The position numbers and the translations under genes were made by a program. A stretch of DNA of 64,000 nucleotides, from assembly GCA_032718475.1 (NCBI GenBank), contig JAUCBJ010000069.1:62001-126000 (forward strand), in the 5' to 3' direction. Of the stretch, positions 31,701 through 47,500 are shown in pieces. The notes below the pieces were generated by a model. It made no database searches, had not been told where the DNA came from, and saw only the letters and a program-made list of their open reading frames with translations. Source of the stretch: Nemertoderma westbladi. Taxonomy: Eukaryota; Animalia; Xenacoelomorpha. The stretch's first letter is position 1. Each line of letters opens with the position of its first letter.

Positions 31701-33900
31701 GTTGCTATTTAACCTAAAACCTCGCTCCACAATGGCTACTCTATACAACACAAGGTGCTATTTAACCTAAAACCTCACTGTCACACGGCTACTCTATACA
31801 ACACAAGGTGCTATTTAACCTAAAACCTCACTGTCACACGGCTACTCTATACAACACAAGGTGCTATTTAACCTAAAACCTCACTGTCACACGGCTACTC
31901 TATACAACACAAGGTTGCTATTTAACCTAAAACCTCACTGTCACACGGCTACTCTATACAACACAAGGTGCTATTTAACCTAAAACCTCGCTGTCACACG
32001 GCTACTCTACAACACAAGGTGCTATTTAACCTAAAACCTCACTGCCACACGGCTACTCTACACAACACAAGGTTGCTATTTAACCTAAAACCTCGCTGTC
32101 ACACGGCTACTCTATACAACACAAGGTGCTATTTAACCTAAAACCTCGCTCTCACACGGCTACTCTACAACACAAGGTGCTATTTAACCTAAAAACTCGC
32201 TCCACAATGGCTACTCTATACAACACAAGGTTGCTATTTAACCTAAAACCTCGCTGTCACACGGCTACTCTACAACACAAGGTTGCTATTTAACCTAAAA
32301 CCTCGCTCTCATACGGCTACTCTACAACACAAGGTTGCTATTTAACCTAAAACCTCACTGCCACACGGCTACTCTATACAACACAAGGTTGCTATTTAAC
32401 CAAAAACCTCACTGCCACACGGCTACTCTACAACACAAGGTGCTATTTAACCTAAAACCTCGCTCCACAATGGCTACTCTATACAACACAAGGTTGCTAT
32501 TTAACCTAAAACCTCACTGCCACACGGCTACTCTATACAACACAAGGTGCTATTTAACCTAAAACCTCGCTCCACAATGGCTACTCTATACAACACAAGG
32601 TGCTATTTAACCTAAAACCTCGCTGTCACACGGCTACTCTATACAACACAAGGTGCTATTTAACCTAAAACCTCGCTCCACAATGGCTACTCTATACAAC
32701 ACAAGGTGCTATTTAACCTAAAACCTCGCTGTCACACGGCTACTCTATACAACACAAGGTGCTATTTAACCTAAAACCTCGCTCCACAATGGCTACTCTA
32801 TACAACACAAGGTGCTATTTAACCTAAAACCTCGCTCCACAATGGCTACTCTATACAACACAAGGTGCTATTTAACCTAAAACCTCACTGCCACACGGCT
32901 ACTCTATACAACACAAGGTGCTATTTAACCTAAAACCTCGCTCCACAATGGCTACTCTATACAACACAAGGTGCTATTTAACCTAAAACCTCGCTGTCAC
33001 ACGGCTACTCTATACAACACAAGGTGCTATTTAACCTAAAACCTCACTGTCACACGGCTACTCTATACAACACAAGGTGCTATTTAACCTAAAACCTCGC
33101 TGTCACACGGCTACTCTACAACACAAGGTGCTATTTAACCTAAAACCTCGCTGTCACACGGCTACTCTACAACACAAGGTGCTATTTAACCTAAAACCTC
33201 GCTCCACAATGGCTACTCTATACAACACAAGGTTGCTATTTAACCTAAAACCTCACTGCCACACGGCTACTCTATACAACACAAGGTGCTATTTAACCTA
33301 AAACCTCACTGTCACACGGCTACTCTACAACACAAGGTGCTATTTAACCTAAAACCTCGCTCCACAATGGCTACTCTATACAACACAAGGTTGCTATTTA
33401 ACCTAAAACCTCGCTGTCACACGGCTACTCTACAACACAAGGTGCTATTTAACCTAAAACCTCGCTCCACAATGGCTACTCTATACAACACAAGGTTGCT
33501 ATTTAACCTAAAACCTCACTGCCACACGGCTACTCTATACAACACAAGGTGCTATTTAACCTAAAACCTCGCTCCACAATGGCTACTCTATACAACACAA
33601 GGTGCTATTTAACCTAAAACCTCGCTCCACAATGGCTACTCTATACAACACAAGGTGCTATTTAACCTAAAACCTCACTGCCACACGGCTACTCTATACA
33701 ACACAAGGTGCTATTTAACCTAAAACCTCGCTCCACAATGGCTACTCTATACAACACAAGGTGCTATTTAACCTAAAACCTCGCTCCACAATGGCTACTC
33801 TATACAACACAAGGTGCTATTTAACCTAAAACCTCGCTCCACAATGGCTACTCTATACAACACAAGGTTGCTATTTAACCTAAAACCTCGCTGTCACACG
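28780..33900 (+). repeat. Imperfect tandem duplication of about 2.4-2.8 kb inside the satellite
   Basis: Rare markers recur: AAAAACTCG at 29485/32191 (offset 2706) and CCAAAAACC at 29590/32400 (offset 2810). Identical artefact ORFs lie at 30643/33077 and 30852/33286 (offset 2434). Boundaries are approximate. Confidence 0.7.
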
Positions 33901-36900
33901 GCTACTCTATACAACACAAGGTGCTATTTAACCTAAAACCTCGCTCCACAATGGCTACTCTATACAACACAAGGTGCTATTTAACCTAAAACCTCGCTCC
34001 ACAATGGCTACTCTATACAACACAAGGTGCTATTTAACCTAAAACCTCGCTGTCACACGGCTACTCTATACAACACAAGGTGCTATTTAACCTAAAACCT
34101 CGCTGTCACACGGCTACTCTACAACACAAGGTGCTATTTAACCTAAAACCTCGCTGTCACACGGCTACTCTACAACACAAGGTGCTATTTAACCTAAAAC
34201 CTCGCTCCACAATGGCTACTCTATACAACACAAGGTTGCTATTTAACCTAAAACCTCACTGCCACACGGCTACTCTATACAACACAAGGTTGCTATTTAA
34301 CCTAAAACCTCACTGCCACACGGCTACTCTATACAACACAAGGTTGCTATTTAACCTAAAACCTCGCTGCCACACGGCTACTCTATACAACACAAGGTGC
34401 TATTTAACCTAAAACCTCGCTCTCACACGGCTACTCTACAACACAAGGTGCTATTTAACCTAAAACCTCGCTGTCACACGGCTACTCTACAACACAAGGT
34501 GCTATTTAACCTAAAACCTCGCTGCCACACGGCTACTCTATACAACACAAGGTGCTATTTAACCTAAAACCTCGCTCCACAATGGCTACTCTATACAACA
34601 CAAGGTTGCTATTTAACCTAAAACCTCACTGCCACACGGCTACTCTATACAACACAAGGTTGCTATTTAACCTAAAACCTCACTGCCACACGGCTACTCT
34701 ATACAACACAAGGTTGCTATTTAACCTAAAACCTCGCTGTCACACGGCTACTCTACAACACAAGGTGCTATTTAACCTAAAACCTCGCTCTCACACGGCT
34801 ACTCTATACAACACAAGGTGCTATTTAACCTAAAACCTCGCTGCCACACGGCTACTCTATACAACACAAGGTGCTATTTAACCTAAAACCTCGCTCCACA
34901 ATGGCTACTCTATACAACACAAGGTTGCTATTTAACCTAAAACCTCGCTCCACAATGGCTACTCTATACAACACAAGGTGCTATTTAACCTAAAACCTCA
35001 CTGTCACACGGCTACTCTATACAACACAAGGTGCTATTTAACCTAAAACCTCACTGTCACACGGCTACTCTACAACACAAGGTGCTATTTAACCTAAAAC
35101 CTCGCTCTCACACGGCTACTCTATACAACACAAGGTGCTATTTAACCTAAAACCTCGCTGCCACACGGCTACTCTATACAACACAAGGTGCTATTTAACC
35201 TAAAACCTCGCTCCACAATGGCTACTCTATACAACACAAGGTGCTATTTAACCTAAAACCTCACTGTCACACGGCTACTCTATACAACACAAGGTGCTAT
35301 TTAACCTAAAACCTCACTGTCACACGGCTACTCTACAACACAAGGTGCTATTTAACCTAAAACCTCGCTCTCACACGGCTACTCTATACAACACAAGGTG
35401 CTATTTAACCTAAAACCTCGCTGCCACACGGCTACTCTATACAACACAAGGTGCTATTTAACCTAAAACCTCGCTCCACAATGGCTACTCTATACAACAC
35501 AAGGTGCTATTTAACCTAAAACCTCACTGCCACACGGCTACTCTATACAACACAAGGTTGCTATTTAACCTAAAACCTCGCTCCACAATGGCTACTCTAT
35601 ACAACACAAGGTGCTATTTAACCTAAAACCTCACTGTCACACGGCTACTCTATACAACACAAGGTGCTATTTAACCTAAAACCTCACTGTCACACGGCTA
35701 CTCTACAACACAAGGTGCTATTTAACCTAAAACCTCGCTCTCACACGGCTACTCTATACAACACAAGGTGCTATTTAACCTAAAACCTCGCTGCCACACG
35801 GCTACTCTATACAACACAAGGTGCTATTTAACCTAAAACCTCGCTCCACAATGGCTACTCTATACAACACAAGGTGCTATTTAACCTAAAACCTCGCTCT
35901 CACACGGCTACTCTATACAACACAAGGTGCTATTTAACCTAAAACCTCGCTGCCACACGGCTACTCTATACAACACAAGGTGCTATTTAACCTAAAACCT
36001 CGCTGCCACACGGCTACTCTATACAACACAAGGTTGCTATTTAACCTAAAACCTCGCTGCCACACGGCTACTCTATACAACACAAGGTGCTATTTAACCT
36101 AAAACCTCGCTGCCACACGGCTACTCTATACAACACAAGGTGCTATTTAACCTAAAACCTCACTGCCACACGGCTACTCTATACAACACAAGGTGCTATT
36201 TAACCTAAAACCTCGCTCCACAATGGCTACTCTCTACAACACAAGGTGCTATTTAACCTAAAACCTCGCTCTCACACGGCTACTCTATACAACACAAGGT
36301 TGCTATTTAACCTAAAACCTCACTGCCACACGGCTACTCTATACAACACAAGGTTGCTATTTAACCTAAAACCTCACTGCCACACGGCTACTCTACAACA
36401 CAAGGTGCTATTTAACCTAAAACCTCGCTCCACAATGGCTACTCTATACAACACAAGGTTGCTATTTAACCTAAAACCTCACTGCCACACGGCTACTCTA
36501 TACAACACAAGGTTGCTATTTAACCTAAAACCTCACTGTCACACGGCTACTCTATACAACACAAGGTGCTATTTAACCTAAAACCCCGCTGTCACACGGC
36601 TACTCTACAACACAAGGTGCTATTTAACCGAAAACCTCGCTCCACAATGGCTACTCTATACAACACAAGGTGCTATTTAACCTAAAACCTCGCTGTCACA
36701 CGGCTACTCTACAACACAAGGTGCTATTTAACCTAAAACCTCGCTCCACAATGGCTACTCTATACAACACAAGGTGCTATTTAACCTAAAACCTCGCTCC
36801 ACAATGGCTACTCTATACAACACAAGGTGCTATTTAACCTAAAACCTCACTGCCACACGGCTACTCTATACAACACAAGGTGCTATTTAACCTAAAACCT

Positions 36901-36939
36901 CGCTCCACAATGGCTACTCTATACAACACAAGGTGCTAT

Positions 36940-39900
36940 TTAACCTAAAACCTCGCTGTCACACGGCTACTCTATACAACACAAGGTGCTATTTAACCTA
37001 AAACCTCACTGTCACACGGCTACTCTATACAACACAAGGTGCTATTTAACCTAAAACCTCGCTGTCACACGGCTACTCTACAACACAAGGTGCTATTTAA
37101 CCTAAAACCTCGCTGTCACACGGCTACTCTACAACACAAGGTGCTATTTAACCTAAAACCTCGCTCCACAATGGCTACTCTATACAACACAAGGTGCTAT
37201 TTAACCTAAAACCTCGCTCTCACACGGCTACTCTATACAACACAAGGTTGCTATTTAACCTAAAACCTCACTGTCACACGGCTACTCTATACAACACAAG
37301 GTTGCTATTTAACCTAAAACCTCGCTGCCACACGGCTACTCTATACAACACAAGGTGCTATTTAACCTAAAACCTCACTGTCATACGGCTACTCTATACA
37401 ACACAAGGTGCTATTTAACCTAAAACCTCACTGTCACACGGCTACTCTACAACACAAGGTTGCTATTTAACCTAAAACCTCGCTCCCACACGGCTACTCT
37501 ATACAACACAAGGTGCTATTTAACCTAAAACCTCACTGTCACACGGCTACTCTACAACACAAGGTTGCTATTTAACCTAAAACCTCGCTCCCACACGGCT
37601 ACTCTATACAACACAAGGTTGCTATTTAACCGAAAACCTCGCTCCCACACGGCTACTCTATACAACACAAGGTGCTATTTAACCTAAAACCTCGCTCTCA
37701 CACGGCTACTCTATACAACACAAGGTTGCTATTTAACCTAAAACCTCACTGTCACACGGCTACTCTATACAACACAAGGTTGCTATTTAACCTAAAACCT
37801 CGCTGCCACACGGCTACTCTATACAACACAAGGTGCTATTTAACCTAAAACCTCACTGTCATACGGCTACTCTATACAACACAAGGTGCTATTTAACCTA
37901 AAACCTCACTGCCACACGGCTACTCTATACAACACAAGGTTGCTATTTAACCTAAAACCTCGCTGCCACACGGCTACTCTATACAACACAAGGTTGCTAT
38001 TTAACCTAAAACCTCGCTGTCACACGGCTACTCTATACAACACAAGGTGCTATTTAACCTAAAACCTCGCTGCCACACGGCTACTCTATACAACACAAGG
38101 TTGCTATTTAACCTAAAACCTCGCTGTCACACGGCTACTCTATACAACACAAGGTTGCTATTTAACCTAAAACCTCGCTGCCACACGGCTACTCTATACA
38201 ACACAAGGTTGCTATTTAACCTAAAACCTCGCTGCCACACGGCTACTCTATACAACACAAGGTGCTATTTAACCTAAAACCTCGCTGCCACACGGCTACT
38301 CTATACAACACAAGGTTGCTATTTAACCTAAAACCTCGCTGTCACACGGCTACTCTATACAACACAAGGTTGCTATTTAACCTAAAACCTCACTGCTACA
38401 CGGCTACTCTATACAACACAAGGTTGCTATTTAATCTAAAACCTCGCTCTCACACGGCTACTCTACAACACAAGGTGCTATTTAATCTAAAACCTCGCTC
38501 TCACACGGCTACTCTACAACACAAGGTGCTATTTAACCTAAAACCTCACTGTCACACGGCTACTCTACAACACAAGGTGCTATTTAACCTAAAACCTCGC
38601 TCTCACACGGCTACTCTATACAACACAAGGTGCTATTTAACCTAAAACCCCGCTCTCACACGGCTATTCTACAACACAAGGTGCTATTTAACCTAAAACC
38701 TCGCTCTCACACGGCTACTCTATACAACACAAGGTTGCTATTTAACCTAAAACCCCGCTCTCACACGGCTACTCTATACAACACAAGGTTGCTATTTAAC
38801 CTAAACCCTCACTGTCACACGGCTACTCTATACAACACAAGGTTGCTATTTAACCTAAAACCTCACTGCCACACGGCTACTCTATACAACACAAGGTTGC
38901 TATTTAACCTAAAACCCCGCTCTCACACGGCTACTCTACAACACAAGGTGCTATTTAACCTAAAACCTCGCTCTCACACGGCTACTCTATACAACACAAG
39001 GTGCTATTTAACCTAAAACCCCGCTCTCACACGGCTATTCTACAACACAAGGTGCTATTTAACCTAAAACCTCGCTCTCACACGGCTACTCTATACAACA
39101 CAAGGTTGCTATTTAACCTAAAACCCCGCTCTCACACGGCTACTCTATACAACACAAGGTTGCTATTTAACCTAAACCCTCACTGTCACACGGCTACTCT
39201 ATACAACACAAGGTGCTATTTAACCTAAAACCTCGCTCTCACACGGCTACTCTATACAACACAAGGTTGCTATTTAACCTAAAACCCCGCTCTCACACGG
39301 CTACTCTATACAACACAAGGTTGCTATTTAACCTAAACCCTCACTGTCACATGGCTACTCTATACAACACAAGGTGCTATTTAACCTAAAACCTCGCTCT
39401 CACACGGCTACTCTATACAACACAAGGTTGCTATTTAACCTAAAACCTCGCTCTCACACGGCTACTCTATACAACACAAGGTTGCTATTTAACCTAAAAC
39501 CCCGCTCTCACACGGCTACTCTATACAACACAAGGTTGCTATTTAACCTAAACCCTCACTGTCACACGGCTACTCTACAACACAAGGTGCTATTTAACCT
39601 AAAACCTCGCTCCACAATGGCTACTCTATACAACACAAGGTTGCTATTTAACCTAAAACCCCGCTGTCACATGGCTACTCTATACAACACAAGGTGCTAT
39701 TTAACCTAAAACCTCGCTGTCACACGGCTACTCTACAACACAAGGTGCTATTTAACCTAAAACCTCGCTCCACAATGGCTACTCTATACAACACAAGGTT
39801 GCTATTTAACCTAAAACCTCACTGTCACACGGCTACTCTATACAACACAAGGTTGCTATTTAACCTAAAACCTCACTGTCACACGGCTACTCTACAACAC

Positions 39901-42900
39901 AAGGTTGCTAGTTAACCTAAAACCTCGCTCCCACACGGCTACTCTATACAACACAAGGTGCTATTTAACCTAAAACCTCACTGCCACACGGCTACTCTAT
40001 ACAACACATGGTGCTATTTAACCTAAAACCTCGCTCCACAATGGCTACTCTATACAACACAAGGTTGCTATTTAACCTAAAACCTCACTGCCACACGGCT
40101 ACTCTATACAACACAAGGTTGCTATTTAACCTAAAACCTCGCTGCCACACGGCTACTCTACAACACAAGGTGCTATTTAACCTAAAACCCCGCTGCCACA
40201 CGGCTACTCTACAACACAAGGTTGCTATTTAACCTAAAACCCCACTGCCACACGGCTACTCTATACAACACAAGGTGCTATTTAACCTAAAACCTCGCTC
40301 TCACACGGCTACTCTACAACACAAGGTTGCTATTTAACCTAAAACCTCACTGTCACACGGCTACTCTATACAACACAAGGTTGCTATTTAACCTAAAACC
40401 TCACTGTCACACGGCTACTCTATACAACACAAGGTGCTATTTAACCTAAAACCTCGCTGCCACACGGCTACTCTACAACACAAGGTGCTATTTAACCTAA
40501 AACCTCGCTCCACAATGGCTACTCTATACAACACAAGGTTGCTATTTAACCTAAAACCTCGCTGCCACACGGCTACTCTATACAACACAAGGTTGCTATT
40601 TAACCTAAAACCTCACTGCCACACGGCTACTCTACAACACAAGGTTGCTATTTAACCTAAAACCTCGCTGTCACACGGCTACTCTATACAACACAAGGTT
40701 CTATTTCACCTAAAACCTCGCTCTCACACGGCTACTCTACAACACAAGGTGCTATTTAACCTAAAACCTCGCTCTCACACGGCTACTCTATACAACACAA
40801 GGTGCTATTTAACCTAAAACCTCGCTGTCACACGGCTACTCTATACAACACAAGGTGCTATTTAACCTAAAACCTCACTGTCACACGGCTACTCTATACA
40901 ACACAAGGTGCTATTTAACCTAAAACCTCGCTGTCACACGGCTACTCTACAACACAAGGTGCTATTTAACCTAAAACCTCGCTGTCACACGGCTACTCTA
41001 CAACACAAGGTGCTATTTAACCTAAAACCTCGCTCCACAATGGCTACTCTATACAAGACAAGGTGCTATTTAACCTAAAACCTCGCTCTCACACGGCTAC
41101 TCTATACAACACAAGGTTGCTATTTAACCTAAAACCTCACTGTCACACGGCTACTCTATACAACACAAGGTTGCTATTTAACCTAAAACCTCGCTGCCAC
41201 ACGGCTACTCTATACAACACAAGGTGCTATTTAACCTAAAACCTCACTGTCATACGGCTACTCTATACAACACAAGGTGCTATTTAACCTAAAACCTCAC
41301 TGTCACACGGCTACTCTACAACACAAGGTTGCTATTTAACCTAAAACCTCGCTCCCACACGGCTACTCTATACAACACAAGGTGCTATTTAACCTAAAAC
41401 CTCACTGTCACACGGCTACTCTACAACACAAGGTTGCTATTTAACCTAAAACCTCGCTCCCACACGGCTACTCTATACAACACAAGGTTGCTATTTAACC
41501 GAAAACCTCGCTCCCACACGGCTACTCTATACAACACAAGGTGCTATTTAACCTAAAACCTCGCTCTCACACGGCTACTCTATACAACACAAGGTTGCTA
41601 TTTAACCTAAAACCTCGCTGCCACACGGCTACTCTATACAACACAAGGTGCTATTTAACCTAAAACCTCACTGTCATACGGCTACTCTATACAACACAAG
41701 GTTGCTATTTAACCTAAAACCTCGCTGCCACACGGCTACTCTATACAACACAAGGTGCTATTTAACCTAAAACCTCGCTCTCACACGGCTACTCTATACA
41801 ACACAAGGTTGCTATTTAACCTAAAACCTCGCTGCCACACGGCTACTCTATACAACACAAGGTGCTATTTAACCTAAAACCTCACTGTCACACGGCTACT
41901 CTATACAACACAAGGTTGCTATTTAACCTAAAACCTCGCTGCCACACGGCTACTCTATACAACACAAGGTGCTATTTAACCTAAAACCTCACTGTCATAC
42001 GGCTACTCTATACAACACAAGGTGCTATTTAACCTAAAACCTCACTGCCACACGGCTACTCTATACAACACAAGGTTGCTATTTAACCTAAAACCTCGCT
42101 GCCACACGGCTACTCTATACAACACAAGGTTGCTATTTAACCTAAAACCTCGCTGTCACACGGCTACTCTATACAACACAAGGTGCTATTTAACCTAAAA
42201 CCTCGCTGCCACACGGCTACTCTATACAACACAAGGTTGCTATTTAACCTAAAACCTCGCTGTCACACGGCTACTCTATACAACACAAGGTTGCTATTTA
42301 ACCTAAAACCTCGCTGCCACACGGCTACTCTATACAACACAAGGTTGCTATTTAACCTAAAACCTCGCTGCCACACGGCTACTCTATACAACACAAGGTG
42401 CTATTTAACCTAAAACCTCGCTGCCACACGGCTACTCTATACAACACAAGGTTGCTATTTAACCTAAAACCTCGCTGTCACACGGCTACTCTATACAACA
42501 CAAGGTTGCTATTTAACCTAAAACCTCACTGCTACACGGCTACTCTATACAACACAAGGTTGCTATTTAACCTAAAACCCCGCTCTCACACGGCTACTCT
42601 ACAACACAAGGTGCTATTTAACCTAAAACCTCGCTCTCACACGGCTACTCTATACAACACAAGGTGCTATTTAACCTAAAACCCCGCTCTCACACGGCTA
42701 TTCTACAACACAAGGTGCTATTTAACCTAAAACCTCGCTCTCACACGGCTACTCTATACAACACAAGGTTGCTATTTAACCTAAAACCCCGCTCTCACAC
42801 GGCTACTCTATACAACACAAGGTTGCTATTTAACCTAAACCCTCACTGTCACACGGCTACTCTATACAACACAAGGTTGCTATTTAACCTAAAACCTCAC

Positions 42901-44500
42901 TGCCACACGGCTACTCTATACAACACAAGGTTGCTATTTAACCTAAAACCCCGCTCTCACACGGCTACTCTACAACACAAGGTGCTATTTAACCTAAAAC
43001 CTCGCTCTCACACGGCTACTCTATACAACACAAGGTGCTATTTAACCTAAAACCCCGCTCTCACACGGCTATTCTACAACACAAGGTGCTATTTAACCTA
43101 AAACCTCGCTCTCACACGGCTACTCTATACAACACAAGGTTGCTATTTAACCTAAAACCCCGCTCTCACACGGCTACTCTATACAACACAAGGTTGCTAT
43201 TTAACCTAAACCCTCACTGTCACACGGCTACTCTATACAACACAAGGTGCTATTTAACCTAAAACCTCGCTCTCACACGGCTACTCTATACAACACAAGG
43301 TTGCTATTTAACCTAAAACCCCGCTCTCACACGGCTACTCTATACAACACAAGGTTGCTATTTAACCTAAACCCTCACTGTCACATGGCTACTCTATACA
43401 ACACAAGGTGCTATTTAACCTAAAACCTCGCTGTCACACGGCTACTCTATACAACACAAGGTGCTATTTAACCTAAAACCTCGCTGTCACACGGCTACTC
43501 TACAACACAAGGTGCTATTTAACCTAAAACCTCGCTCCACAATGGCTACTCTATACAACACAAGGTTGCTATTTAACCTAAAACCTCACTGTCACACGGC
43601 TACTCTATACAACACATGGTGCTATTTAACCTAAAACCTCGCTCCACAATGGCTACTCTATACAACACAAGGTGCTATTTAACCTAAAACCTCGCTCCAC
43701 AATGGCTACTCTATACAACACAAGGTGCTATTTAACCTAAAACCTCGCTCTCACACGGCTACTCTACAACACAAGGTTGCTATTTAACCTAAAACCTCAC
43801 TGTCACACGGCTACTCTATACAACACAAGGTTGCTATTTAACCTAAAACCTCACTGTCACACGGCTACTCTATACAACACAAGGTGCTATTTAACCTAAA
43901 ACCTCGCTGCCACACGGCTACTCTACAACACAAGGTGCTATTTAACCTAAAACCTCGCTCTCACACGGCTACTCTATACAACACAAGGTGCTATTTAACC
44001 TAAAACCTCGCTCCACAATGGCTACTCTATACAACACAAGGTTGCTATTTAACCTAAAACCTCACTGTCACACGGCTACTCTATACAACACAAGGTGCTA
44101 TTTAACCTAAAACCTCGCTGCCACACGGCTACTCTACAACACAAGGTGCTATTTAACCTAAAACCTCGCTCCCACACGGCTACTCTACAACACAAGGTGC
44201 TATTTAACCTAAAACCTCGCTCCACAATGGCTACTCTATACAACACAAGGTTGCTATTTAACCTAAAACCTCGCTGCCACACGGCTACTCTATACAACAC
44301 AAGGTTGCTATTTAACCTAAAACCTCACTGCCACACGGCTACTCTACAACACAAGGTTGCTATTTAACCTAAAACCTCGCTGTCACACGGCTACTCTATA
44401 CAACACAAGGTTCTATTTCACCTAAAACCTCGCTCTCACACGGCTACTCTACAACACAAGGTGCTATTTAACCTAAAACCTCGCTCTCACACGGCTACTC
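36940..44500 (+). repeat. Imperfect tandem duplication of about 3.7-4.1 kb inside the satellite
   Basis: Rare markers recur: CCGAAAACC (G at 37632/41501), CACTGCTACAC (38391/42527) and GGTTCTATTTCACC (40697/44409). Identical artefact ORFs lie at 38047/42183, 38630/42664 and 39001/43035. Boundaries are approximate. Confidence 0.75.
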
Positions 44501-47500
44501 TATACAACACAAGGTTGCTATTTAACCTAAAACCTCACTGTCACACGGCTACTCTACAACACAAGGTGCTATTTAACCTAAAACCTCGCTCCACAATGGC
44601 TACTCTATACAACACAAGGTTGCTATTTAACCTAAAACCTCGCTCTCACACGGCTACTCTATACAACACAAGGTTGCTATTTAACCTAAAACCTCACTGT
44701 CACACGGCTACTCTATACAACACAAGGTGCTATTTAACCTAAAACCTCGCTCTCACACGGCTACTCTATACAACACAAGGTGCTATTTAACCTAAAACCT
44801 CGCTGTCACACGGCTACTCTATACAACACAAGGTTGCTATTTAACCTAAAACCTCGCTCTCACACGGCTACTCTACAACACAAGGTGCTATTTAACCTAA
44901 AACCTCGCTCCACAATGGCTACTCTATACAACACAAGGTGCTATTTAACCTAAAACCTCGCTCTCACACGGCTACTCTATACAACACAAGGTTGCTATTT
45001 AACCTAAAACCTCACTGTCACACGGCTACTCTATACAACACAAGGTGCTATTTAACCTAAAACCTCGCTCCACAATGGCTACTCTATACAACACAAGGTG
45101 CTATTTAACCTAAAACCTCGCTGCCACACGGCTACTCTATACAACACAAGGTGCTATTTAACCTAAAACCTCGCTCTCACACGGCTACTCTATACAACAC
45201 AAGGTTGCTATTTAACCTAAAACCTCGCTCTCACACGGCTACTCTACAACACAAGGTGCTATTTAACCTAAAACCTCGCTCTCACACGGCTACTCTATAC
45301 AACACAAGGTTGCTATTTAACCTAAAACCCCGCTGCCACACGGCTACTCTACACAACACAAGGTTGCTATTTAACCTAAAACCTCACTGTCACACGGCTA
45401 CTCTATACAACACAAGGTGCTATTTAACCTAAAACCTCGCTCCACAATGGCTACTCTATACAACACAAGGTGCTATTTAACCTAAAACCTCGCTGCCACA
45501 CGGCTACTCTATACAACACAAGGTGCTATTTAACCTAAAACCTCGCTGCCACACGGCTACTCTATACAACACAAGGTGCTATTTAACCTAAACCCTCGCT
45601 GTCACACGGCTACTCTATACAACACAAGGTGCTATTTAACCTAAAACCTCACTGTCACACGGCTACTCTATACAACACAAGGTGCTATTTAACCTAAAAC
45701 CTCGCTCCACAATGGCTACTCTATACAACACAAGGTTGCTATTTAACCTAAAACCTCGCTGTCACACGGCTACTCTACACAACACAAGGTTCTATTTAAC
45801 CTAAAACCTCGCTGTCACACGGCTACTCTATACAACACAAGGTGCTATTTAACCTAAAACCTCACTGCCACATGGCTACTCTATACAACACAAGGTGCTA
45901 TTTAACCTAAAACCTCGCTCTCACACGGCTACTCTATACAACACAAGGTTGCTATTTAACCTAAAACCTCACTGTCACACGGCTACTCTATACAACACAA
46001 GGTGCTATTTAACCTAAAACCTCGCTCTCACACGGCTACTCTATACAACACAAGGTTGCTATTTAACCTAAAACCTCACTGTCACACGGCTACTCTACAA
46101 CACAAGGTGCTATTTAACCTAAAACCTCACTATCACACGGCTACTCTATACAACACAAGGTGCTATTTAACCTAAAACCTCGCTCTCACACGGCTACTCT
46201 ATACAACACAAGGTTGCTATTTAACCTAAAACCTCACTGTCACACGGCTACTCTATACAACACAAGGTGCTATTTAACCTAAAACCTCGCTCTCACACGG
46301 CTACTCTATACAACACAAGGTTGCTATTTAACCTAAAACCTCACTGTCACACGGCTACTCTGTACAACACAAGGTGCTATTTAACCTAAAACCTCGCTCT
46401 CACACGGCTACTCTATACAACACAAGGTTGCTATTTAACCTAAAACCTCACTGTCACACGGCTACTCTACAACACAAGGTGCTATTTAACCTAAAACCTC
46501 ACTGTCACACGGCTACTCTATACAACACAAGGTGCTATTTAACCTAAAACCTCGCTCTCACACGGCTACTCTATACAACACAAGGTTGCTATTTAACCTA
46601 AAACCTCACTGTCACACGGCTACTCTATACAACACAAGGTGCTATTTAACCTAAAACCTCACTGTCACACGGCTACTCTATACAACACAAGGTGCTATTT
46701 AACCTAAAACCTCGCTCCACAATGGCTACTCTATACAACACAAGGTGCTATTTAACCTAAAACCTCGCTCTCACACGGCTACTCTATACAACACAAGGTT
46801 GCTATTTAACCTAAAACCTCACTGTCACACGGCTACTCTACAACACAAGGTGCTATTTAACCTAAAACCTCACTGCCACACGGCTACTCTATACAACACA
46901 AGGTGCTATTTAACCTAAAACCTCGCTCCACAATGGCTACTCTATACAACACAAGGTGCTATTTAACCTAAAACCTCGCTGCCACACGGCTACTCTATAC
47001 AACACAAGGTGCTATTTAACCTAAAACCTCGCTCCACAATGGCTACTCTATACAACACAAGGTGCTATTTAACCTAAAACCTCGCTCCACAATGGCTACT
47101 CTATACAACACAAGGTGCTATTTAACCTAAAACCTCACTGCCACACGGCTACTCTATACAACACAAGGTGCTATTTAACCTAAAACCTCTCTGCCACACG
47201 GCTACTCTATACAACACAAGGTGCTATTTAACCTAAAACCTCTCTGCCACACGGCTACTCTATACAACACAAGGTTGCTATTTAACCTAAAACCTCACTG
47301 TCACACGGCTACTCTATACAACACAAGGTGCTATTTAACCTAAAACCTCACTCCACAATGGCTACTCTATACAACACAAGGTTGCTATTTAACCTAAAAC
47401 CTCACTGCCACCCGGCTACTCTATACAACACAAGGTGCTATTTAACCTAAAACCTCTCTGCCACACGGCTACTCTATACAACACAAGGTTGCTATTTAAC

